Part shown: positions 56,638-64,000 of the stretch, one piece after another
Layout of the letters: every line of letters begins with the position of its first letter
Numbering within the stretch: the first letter of the stretch is position 1
Assembly: GCA_963813335.1 (NCBI GenBank)
Contig: CAWEYL010000001.1
Location: 576,001 to 640,000 of the forward strand
DNA: 64,000 bases
Source: an uncultured Chloroflexia bacterium
GTDB lineage: Bacteria > Chloroflexota > Limnocylindria > Limnocylindrales > CSP1-4
Direction: 5' to 3'
Program-made: the position numbers and the translations under genes
Notes under the pieces: generated by a model
Seen by the model: only the letters and a program-made list of their open reading frames with translations
What the model was told of the DNA's origin: nothing
Databases searched by the model: none

Positions 56638-57624
56638 GTGGCCGGCTCGACGTTCTATAGCCAGATCTCCGCGAACCGGCGGAACTCCTTCCTGCTGGCG
56701 CTGCTCGTCGTCGCGATCTTCGGGCTGCTGGGCTTCAGCATCGGCTACGCCTGGACCGGCGGCCCGGCCGGGGCCGTCGCGATCGCGCTCTTCGCGCTGT
56801 TCCTGGGTGGCCTGAGCGGGGTCGGCAGCTATTACGCCGGCGACAAGCTGGTCCTTGCCGCCAGCCAGGCTCGTGAGGTCGACCCGACCGCCGCGCCCCA
56901 GCTCATGAACGTCGTGCAGGAGATCGCGATCGCGGCGAACGTGCCGATGCCCAAGGTCTACATCATCGACGACACGGCACCGAACGCCTTCGCCACCGGC
57001 CGGGATCCCAAGCATGCCTCGGTGGCGATCACGACCGGCCTGCTCGAGAAGCTCGACCGCGAGGAGCTGCAGGGCGTCCTCGGCCATGAGCTGTCGCACA
57101 TCCGCAACTACGACATCCGCTTCGCGCTGATCGTCGGCGTGATGGTCGGCGTCATCGCGATCCTGGCCGACTTCTTCCTCCGCTTCACGTTCTGGAGCGG
57201 CGTCACGGGACGACGTCGCGAGAGCGGCTCGAGCAGCTCGGGCGGCGGAGCCCAGGCCATCTTCATGGTCATCGCGTTCGTCCTGGCGATCCTCGCGCCG
57301 ATCATCAGCCGCTTCATCCAGCTGGCCGTCAGCCGCCAACGTGAGTACCTCGCGGACGCGTCATCGGTCGAGCTCACCCGCAACCCGGTCGGGCTGGAGC
57401 GGGCGCTGGCCAAGATCGCCGGCGACCAGGAGGTCCTCGAGGTGGCCAACCGCGGGACGCAGCACATGTACTTCACGAACCCGATCAAGAAGTTCGAGGA
57501 TCGCTCGTCGGGGCTCATGTCGACCCACCCGCCGATCATCGACCGGATCAATCGCCTGCGCGAGCTGACGGGGGAGGGGCCGCTCGCGCCGAGCGACGCG
57601 GCGAGCCTCGCCGGCCTCGACTAG
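56638..57624 (+). CDS. htpX: M48 metalloprotease HtpX
   Basis: PNAFATG, GVLGHELSH, SRQREYLAD, STHPP..RI. Confidence 0.94.
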   Translation: MAGSTFYSQISANRRNSFLLALLVVAIFGLLGFSIGYAWTGGPAGAVAIALFALFLGGLSGVGSYYAGDKLVLAASQAREVDPTAAPQLMNVVQEIAIAANVPMPKVYIIDDTAPNAFATGRDPKHASVAITTGLLEKLDREELQGVLGHELSHIRNYDIRFALIVGVMVGVIAILADFFLRFTFWSGVTGRRRESGSSSSGGGAQAIFMVIAFVLAILAPIISRFIQLAVSRQREYLADASSVELTRNPVGLERALAKIAGDQEVLEVANRGTQHMYFTNPIKKFEDRSSGLMSTHPPIIDRINRLRELTGEGPLAPSDAASLAGLD

Positions 57625-57720
57625 CGCGTCCCGGGCGCCTGGCCGCCTCCGGCGTCGGCCCGGCTGCTCGTGGTATCCTGCCCACCGCCGACGGACAGCC
57701 CCAGGCTGGTTGGCCATCGG

Positions 57721-57796
57721 GCCGAGATAGCTCAGTTGGTAGAGCACGCGACTGAAAATCGCGGTGTCGCCAGTTCGAATCTGGCTCTCGGCACCA
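57721..57796 (+). tRNA. tRNA-Phe(GAA)
   Basis: CGCGA-CTGAAAA-TCGCG, 76 nt, CCA. Confidence 0.96.
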
Positions 57797-57820
57797 CCGC
57801 TCGCGGTGGTCGCGCTCCGG

Positions 57821-57896
57821 GCGGAAGTGGCTCAGTTGGTAGAGCATCACCTTGCCAAGGTGAGGGTCGCGGGTTCGAGTCCCGTCTTCCGCTCCA
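57821..57896 (+). tRNA. tRNA-Gly(GCC)
   Basis: TCACC-TTGCCAA-GGTGA, 76 nt, CCA. Confidence 0.96.
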
Positions 57897-58086
57897 ACCC
57901 CCTCGTCGTCGACCCTCGTTCGCCGCGCCCCGTGCCGTGGACGGGCTCCTCGGGCGTCCCGGCTGCGCGGTTCGTGGCGCATGGCACTTGTGAAACGCAG
58001 CCAGGACGACGACGATTCGATACGAACGGCGTCGGTGACCACCGAGCCTTCGCCCGGGTCACGGCCGTCGAAGTCGCCGAGACTCG

Positions 58087-59408
58087 ATGTTGGCACGCAC
58101 GCTCCTCGGATCCGCCCTGTCGGTGATGCTGGTCGCGGCCTGCGCCGCGCCGGCGGCCGAGCCTGCCTCATCGGCCCCGTCGCCGTCCGTCGCGCCCACC
58201 CCGACCGCTACAGCCGCCGTCGTGAGCCCGACGCCGGTCGCAGCCTGGCAGCTCGCCACCATCCCGCCTGCCGTCCATGGCTGGCTCGCGACGCCGATGG
58301 CTGTCGCCGTGGGCGGCGGACACCTCGTCGCCGTCGGTGGGGTGGTCTCCCGGCATCCCTTCGCCGAGGGCCCCTGGTACGGCGGCATCTGGACGTCAGT
58401 CGACGGGCTCGTCTGGACCCCTGCCAGTCTCGACCCGGTCCTCGAGGTCGGCAACCTCCAGCCGACAAGCGGTCCACAGATCGGGCTCTCGGACGTGGCC
58501 TACGGTCCCGGCGGGTTCGTCGTGCTCGGTCACACGGGGTTCCCGGGCAAAGGCGTGCGGGTCGGCCTGTGGCGATCCTCCGATGGTGAGACGTGGGAGC
58601 GTACCGATCTACCGGACGCACTGTTCGCAGGAGCCCGCGTGGCCGCGTTCGAGCCGGAGGCCCGGGCTATCTGATCGTCGGCGCCGTCCTGGATCGTGAG
58701 GCGCCGTCGAAGGGTGCCGTCCCGCCAAAGGCGGCGGTCTGGACGTCGCGTGACGGGATCACCTGGACACGAGTCGCCGACCAGGAGGCATTCGCCGTCG
58801 GCGGCTACATCGACACCGGCGAGGCGCCCGAGTCGGGCGGGATGCTCGACGTGACGGCGTCGGACACGGGGTTGACCGCGGTCGGACGGCAGTGCCCCAC
58901 GACGGACCTCGGGCAGTTCGTGGGATCGAGCGGGATGTGCCGGCCGCTCGTCTGGACATCCGCAACCGGTGAGACCTGGACGAGGATCGACCCCAAGGTC
59001 GCCGGGCATCCGGGCGACGTGACCTCGATCGCGGCGGTCGCAGGCATGGTCGTGGCGGTCGGCGGTAGCACAGGCGACGCCCCGGCGCGGTACACGCTGC
59101 GCTCCACCGATGGCGTCACGTGGCAATGGGCGGAGGTGTCGGGCCTGCCTCGCCTCGATGCCATCACCGCGACGGGCGGGGGGTTCGCCGCCAGCAGCCA
59201 CGATGCCGGGCACGTGGACGTGTGGACCTCGGTCGACGGCCGCGCCTGGCGCACCGTCCCCGACCTGCCGGCCATGGCCGGCGACGCCAGCGTGCGGGCC
59301 ACGGACCTGGTGGCGTCGGACGATCGACTGGTCGTTGTCGGCTGGCGCGAGACCCACGACGAGCCCGATGCGTCAGGCTTCGCGCTGGTCGGTCCGCTCG
59401 GACCGTAG
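58087..59408 (+). CDS. lipoprotein with Asp-box (BNR-like) beta-propeller (indel at ~58660)
   Basis: Lipobox VAAC, P/T linker, six (W)xSxDGxxW-type repeats. Confidence 0.75.
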
Positions 59409-59529
59409 GACCGACGCCGCACGCTTGACAGGAACCGGCAGCGCGCCACACCCTAGACACACGGAATTGGCATTCGAGCCGGTGCCCGGAGCACGGATGA
59501 CAGCCTGCAGAGGCGAGTCGGAGACGGGG

Positions 59530-59576
59530 CCTCGCCACGGTGAGGCTCATGGGTTCGAGTCGCGTCGTCCGCTCCA
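59530..59576 (+). repeat. degenerate copy of the tRNA-Gly 3' half (att-like remnant)
   Basis: 40/47 identical to 57850..57896 by manual alignment. Confidence 0.8.
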
Positions 59577-59598
59577 TCCCTCCCTCGAAGGTCCCCGC

Positions 59599-59672
59599 TG
59601 CCCCTTCGTCTAGTGGTAGGACAGCGGACTTTGGATCCGTGAACCGAGGTTCGAATCCTCGAGGGGCAGCCA
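59599..59672 (+). tRNA. tRNA-Gln(TTG)
   Basis: GCGGA-CTTTGGA-TCCGT, T1-A72 pair, CCA. Confidence 0.95.
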
Positions 59673-59700
59673 GACAACCCGGGACGGCCCGGGCGATCGC

Positions 59701-59777
59701 GGCGACGTGGTGAAGTGGCTCAACACGGAGGTCTGCAAAACCTCTATTCACCGGTTCGAATCCGGTCGTCGCCTCCA
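59701..59777 (+). tRNA. tRNA-Cys(GCA)
   Basis: GAGGT-CTGCAAA-ACCTC, T73-CCA. Confidence 0.95.
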
Positions 59778-59794
59778 CATCCTGAGCACGAAAC

Positions 59795-59825
59795 GACCCG
59801 CTGGGTGACCAGCGGGTCTTCGTTT
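59795..59825 (+). terminator. intrinsic terminator after the tRNA cluster
   Basis: GACCCGCTGG-GTGA-CCAGCGGGTC-TTCGTTT. Confidence 0.8.
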
Positions 59826-60111
59826 GGTCGTGAGTTCGGGCCGTCCCCTCTCAGCCTCGACGTCTGAGTCGACGAGGGACCGTCCCTCGTGACGAATGAG
59901 CGTCCCGCCGCTGCGCCCGGCGTAGCCCCGGAGCTGTCGCCGCCCATGCTGGCGGCCTGGCGCGCCAGGACCGGGCCTCAGAAGCTTGTTGAAGTGAGGG
60001 AGGGCCTACCGGCGCGAGACAGACGGGGGTCTGGAAGGTCCGGGCGGGGCGCACGCTCCGGGGCGAACTAGGACATTCGGGGAATGGCGAGGCGACTGAC
60101 TCCGTGCGGAG

Positions 60112-61008
60112 ATGAGTGACAAAGCACGGAGTAGCTCGATCGTGCGCGAAGCCCCATCGCCGTCATCGTCGGTGCTGTTTGATTCCGATTGGCCCGCGGG
60201 CATCGGCAGCATCGCGTTCGCCCTGACGCACCATCGGGTCCCCGATCAGCGCTACGGTCCGAACACGGCGGCGGTCATCTACTTCCTGCGTGCGGATGTG
60301 ATGGCGGCGACCGAGGCGAGTGTGCAGCGCATCACCGCGAGCGCGGTCACCGACCCTCAGCACCTTGCCCGTCACGAGGCCAAGCTCCTGAGCACTGCCC
60401 GAAGGGCCGGCCTCGAGGACGCTGCGCGGCACGCCTTTAGCGACGGCGCCCAGCTCGCTCTCAGCTCGATCAACTTCGGCATGAACGAGCAGGACCAATT
60501 CTTCGTTTCGAGGCCAGACGGGCTCGAGGAGACCTTCGCGTGGGCGGCCGGGCTCGCCGCCACGGCCACGGCGCTCGATCCAGCCCTGTCGCCCTCGATC
60601 GCGGCCGGCATTCGCGACCCTTGGCTGCTCGCTTCGGCCGCGACGCTGCGGGTCGCTAACACCAACGACGAGCAATGGGGTGCAGGCGGTGAGCCGCTGG
60701 GACCGCCAGCGCGGTTGGCCCGATGCGGGCGATGTGGGGAGCCGCCCGCCGGCTATCAGGCCACGCGCGCAGGCGGTCCGTTCCCCCTCTGCAAGAGACA
60801 CCTTGAGCAGGAGGCCGCGTCCTGGGCGGATCACCCGGACGGTCGTGCGCCGATCCTCGCTCGGTACTGGGCCGAGCCGGGCGAGATCCCGTGCCAGTGC
60901 GAGTGTGGCTGCACTCGTGCCGACGGCGATACCCTCATGGATCCCCGCTATGGCCTCCCGTTCCGCTGCGCCTCGTGCAGCCGCGACCAGCACCCAGAGC
61001 CGGGGTAG
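60112..61008 (+). CDS. hypothetical protein with Cys-rich C-terminus
   Basis: YGPN..AAGLAA..IRDPW helical domain, then CGRC..CKRH and CQCECGC..CASC. Confidence 0.6.
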   Translation: MSDKARSSSIVREAPSPSSSVLFDSDWPAGIGSIAFALTHHRVPDQRYGPNTAAVIYFLRADVMAATEASVQRITASAVTDPQHLARHEAKLLSTARRAGLEDAARHAFSDGAQLALSSINFGMNEQDQFFVSRPDGLEETFAWAAGLAATATALDPALSPSIAAGIRDPWLLASAATLRVANTNDEQWGAGGEPLGPPARLARCGRCGEPPAGYQATRAGGPFPLCKRHLEQEAASWADHPDGRAPILARYWAEPGEIPCQCECGCTRADGDTLMDPRYGLPFRCASCSRDQHPEPG

Positions 61009-61151
61009 CGTTGGCCCGTCCCGAGTCCCGACCCGTTCTTCATGTCCGGACTTGGTGTCCATCGGCACTTGCCGGGAGACGTCGAGCCGACGACGCTAAG
61101 CAGTTGCGGGCGGACCTGCGAATTCGCCCGTGGACGAGGAGGCATGGATCC

Positions 61152-61475
61152 ATGGAGTACGACCTTGGATCGCAGGGCCTGGCGCTGCTGATCGTCCCGG
61201 CCCTTCTCTTTGGCTTGCTGGCACAACTCGTCGTCTGGCGGAGTGCCACGCATTGGATGTGGCTGATCGGGACTGCTGCGTGGTTCCTGGGCGGCCTGTT
61301 CGCGAGCGAGGTCCTCTACGGCTCCGAAACGACCGAGGAGAACTTCCAGCCACTGATCGACGGGCTGCTCTGGGATGAGGCGCTGCTCGGCGGACTGGTG
61401 GCCGGCCTGGTCGCGGTCATCGTGACCTGGTTCGCGACGAGGCACCACGTGACGGAGCCGATGCCGGCCCACTGA
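61152..61475 (+). CDS. small membrane protein
   Basis: MEYDLGSQGLALL..., three hydrophobic segments. Confidence 0.6.
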   Translation: MEYDLGSQGLALLIVPALLFGLLAQLVVWRSATHWMWLIGTAAWFLGGLFASEVLYGSETTEENFQPLIDGLLWDEALLGGLVAGLVAVIVTWFATRHHVTEPMPAH

Positions 61476-61521
61476 CGACGCAAGACCGCCCGACGCCAAG
61501 GATGGGTACATCCTTCCTGCC

Positions 61522-61785
61522 ATGCGACAGAAGACCCGCCTCAGCCTCCGGTCTGAGAGACCGATCAAGGACGATCCCTCGCCGATCGACCTGGGTGACA
61601 CGGCGCGCCAGATCGGCCTGTTCGAGACGGGGAACGGCTGGCAGCACAGCATCTTCGGCATCCTGCTCGCGTTGATCGTCGCCTTGCTGTGGCTGCCGAT
61701 ACGCGCGTTCCTGCGCTCCGGGTGGCGGGACGGCGCCGAGCCACCGGCGAGACCGACCCGGGAGAAAGGGGAAGACCGTGGATAG
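61522..61785 (+). CDS. small hypothetical membrane protein
   Basis: One TM helix; overlaps the next start. Confidence 0.45.
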   Translation: MRQKTRLSLRSERPIKDDPSPIDLGDTARQIGLFETGNGWQHSIFGILLALIVALLWLPIRAFLRSGWRDGAEPPARPTREKGEDRG

Positions 61786-61999
61786 GCTGCGGAGCATCGA
61801 TGTCGGAGCGATCCTCCTCGGGCTGCTGGTCCTCGGGGTGGGGATCTACTACACGCTCGTGAACGTGTTCGGCCTCCAGCTGGCTGAGCTGGACTGGGAC
61901 ATGATCTGGCCGCTTGCCGTGATCGCGCTCGGGATCGGCATCCTCTGGGGTGCCTGGAGTCGGATGACCCCGCGCGGGCACGGACCGACCGGCACCTGA
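61778..61999 (+). CDS. small membrane protein, LiaI/LiaF-TM (DUF5668)-like
   Basis: GLLVLGVGIYY.L...WDMIWPLAVIALGIGIL. Confidence 0.65.
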   Translation: MDRLRSIDVGAILLGLLVLGVGIYYTLVNVFGLQLAELDWDMIWPLAVIALGIGILWGAWSRMTPRGHGPTGT

Positions 62000-62090
62000 T
62001 CGAGCGAGGTCAGTCGCCCACTGGCCGCGGCGCGACAGGCCCGCGGTCCGTCTGGCCGAGCCCGTGAGGCGGGCGCTACCCTTGCCTGGC

Positions 62091-62177
62091 ACCGGAGTGG
62101 CGGAACGGCAGACGCAGCGGTCTTAAACACCGCGGCCCGCAAGGGCGTCCGAGTTCGAAATCTCGGCTCCGGTACCA
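62091..62177 (+). tRNA. tRNA-Leu(TAA)
   Basis: GCGGT-CTTAAAC-ACCGC, long variable arm, CCA; the T-loop has one extra A (probable homopolymer error). Confidence 0.92.
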
Positions 62178-62194
62178 GGCGGACAGACATGACG

Positions 62195-62233
62195 AAGCCC
62201 GCCGAGGAGGTCATTCGTCCCTCGGCGGGCTTT
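62195..62233 (+). terminator. terminator after tRNA-Leu(TAA)
   Basis: AAGCCCGCCGAGG...CCTCGGCGGGCTTT. Confidence 0.7.
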
Positions 62234-62489
62234 GGTCCGGACCGCCCCCGATGCCGCTTGCGCGGAACCTCGATCCGTGCCTCGAATGGTTCCACAGCCG
62301 GACGCCGCCGGAAGCCGACGATGGTCCCGGTAGTGCCAGACCATCGGATCGGGCGCTGTTATGCATCTGTAATGCGCTGCCGCGGCGGCGCTGCGCCGAC
62401 GTAACGCGGCGGGCCGGCGCCTCGCTACCATTGGCTCCGGCGAGCGGCCCGTCGCGCGTGACGGGGCACTTGACCGCAAGGGTGACGCC

Positions 62490-62675
62490 ATGGGCGAGTC
62501 CACCGAGGCGCGTGCCCGCGACCTCGAGCTGGAGAGCTGGAACGACGACGTCCGGACGCTCCGCGAGCTGCACGAGCGACGGAGCCGGACGCCGCGCGAC
62601 GATCCCGAATGGGACGAGCTCCAACGCCAGGAGCAAGCGCTCCGCCTGAAGATCCGGGGCTGGGTCACCGGCTGA
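62490..62675 (+). CDS. small hypothetical protein
   Basis: 61-aa charged helical ORF with good codon bias. Confidence 0.5.
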   Translation: MGESTEARARDLELESWNDDVRTLRELHERRSRTPRDDPEWDELQRQEQALRLKIRGWVTG

Positions 62676-62882
62676 CGGCCGGTCATCGTCCCGCCCGGCG
62701 CGCGACCACGGCCGCGGTGGTGCGTGCCCGCCACAGACCCAGGTCCGGCCCGGGACGAACGTTCGGACCATGGCGCGGGCACCTGCCGCGGCCCGACTGT
62801 CGGGTCGGCCCCAGGGTGCTCTTTCGGGGAAGGTCCAACGGAGCACCTGGGGGCCGCCAAACCCCGCCCGGCGCAGCCCGGG

Positions 62883-64000
62883 TCAGGCCCGGCGGCGAAG
62901 CCCGAACCGGCCCGACCGGCGTTCTGGCCCTGCGTCTGGGACGGTGTAGCCGTCCTCGCCGAAGGCGCTCATGCTCAGCTTGTTCAGCCGGTCCGCGGCC
63001 GCCGACTTCGGCGCCCCGATGACGACCGGGATGCCCTCGTTCACGGCCTTCAGGTAGAGGAACGGGTCGTACGGCAGCTCCGCGCCGACCTTCGAGCCCA
63101 GCGCGCTCTCGACGTCGCGCGGCTTGAGGATGTCCCTGGCGAAGACGTTGTTGAGGATGAAGGTCGACTTCTGGGTGATCGAGCCGACATCGTTGAAGTA
63201 GTCGATCAGGTTGTGGACGGCCCGGAGCGCGGCGACCTCCGGGTAGACCGGCAGCATCACCGCCTCCGCGGCCTCGAGCGCGGTCATCGACCGCTCGTCG
63301 AGTACCGCGCCCGCGTCGACCACGACGTAGTCGTAGCCCTCGAGGAGATTCTTGAGGATCCGGGCGACGTGGTCGGGGGTGACCAGGTCCGCGCCCTCGG
63401 GCGTGCCGGGCGCGGCCAGCACGTGCAGCCCGGAGTCGTGGCGGATGGCGTAGGGCCGCATGATCTCCGGCTCGCGCATGGCGATCTCGTCGCGGACGAG
63501 GTCGGCCAGGGTGCCGCGCGTCTCCAGGTTGAGGTGGCTCGAGACGCCCCCGAACTGCAGGGCGAGGTCGACCAGGACCACCTTGTCGGGCCGGCGCAAT
63601 GCCGCGGAGACCGCGATGTTGGTCGCGATCGTGGTGGTCCCGACGCCGCCCTTGGGGCTGAAGACCGCGATGGTCCGACGGGCGCGGGCCATCGTCAGGC
63701 CATCGGCGGAGTAGACCGGGCTGAGGCCGCCCGAGCGCTGGAAGCGGAGCAGCAAGGCCTCGACCCGGGCCTCCAGCTCGCGGCCGTCGAAGGGCTTGGC
63801 CATGACGTCGTCGGCACCGGCCACCAGGAAGGCGATCCGCTCGTCGACGTCGTCGGTCTGGCTGACGCAGACGATCGGGACCTCGCTCATCGCCGGCGTC
63901 GCCCGCATCCCCTCGCAGACCTCGATCGGCGTCATCGGGCCGGTGACGAGGTCGATGATGACGAGCTGGTGGTCCGAGGCCCGGGCGATCGCGTCGGCCG
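62883..64000 (-). CDS. receiver-domain/ParA-like pilus assembly ATPase, CpaE/TadZ-like (5' end outside the window)
   Basis: REC domain (GADDVMAKPF), then FSPKGGVGTTT, VDLALQFG, VVVDAG, AVNEGIPVV. Confidence 0.82.
   Translation of the reverse strand, partial: ADAIARASDHQLVIIDLVTGPMTPIEVCEGMRATPAMSEVPIVCVSQTDDVDERIAFLVAGADDVMAKPFDGRELEARVEALLLRFQRSGGLSPVYSADGLTMARARRTIAVFSPKGGVGTTTIATNIAVSAALRRPDKVVLVDLALQFGGVSSHLNLETRGTLADLVRDEIAMREPEIMRPYAIRHDSGLHVLAAPGTPEGADLVTPDHVARILKNLLEGYDYVVVDAGAVLDERSMTALEAAEAVMLPVYPEVAALRAVHNLIDYFNDVGSITQKSTFILNNVFARDILKPRDVESALGSKVGAELPYDPFLYLKAVNEGIPVVIGAPKSAAADRLNKLSMSAFGEDGYTVPDAGPERRSGRFGLRRRA

Noticed and set aside
62756-62765. CGAACGTTCG palindrome as a LexA box
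   Set aside because: It lacks the 4-nt spacer between GAAC and GTTC, and no repair gene lies downstream.

Overview
This is a very GC-rich bacterial chromosome segment. Gene content, GAAC-N4-GTTC SOS boxes and the secG/whiA/rapZ sequences suggest Chloroflexota, possibly Limnocylindria-like (inference). Single-base indels break many essential ORFs, which looks like long-read error rather than pseudogenisation, so several CDS calls are stitched across frames. The housekeeping backbone is dnaE, an ECF sigma/anti-sigma pair, polA-mutM, ABC-F, coaE, uvrB, uvrA, a UvrD-like helicase, uvrC, secDF, recJ, pyrF, tatAC, rapZ-yvcK-whiA-tpiA-gpmI-secG, an ABC substrate-binding protein, lemA-htpX, nine tRNAs and a CpaE-like gene. 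The most striking accessory element lies at 15.7-20.3 kb: a membrane-sensor-GAF-GGDEF-EAL gene, a c-di-GMP-I riboswitch, and a secreted subtilase that lacks a propeptide and ends in 16 tandem G-x-x-W-x (GSSWS) pentapeptides. It is a candidate c-di-GMP-coupled peptide-signalling or fibre module. Other points of interest are an anti-sigma factor with two zinc-finger modules, a secreted NPP/5'-nucleotidase fusion, a one-gene islet at tRNA-Gly bounded by a decayed att-like repeat, and a SecF with a long Ser/Ala/Pro insertion.
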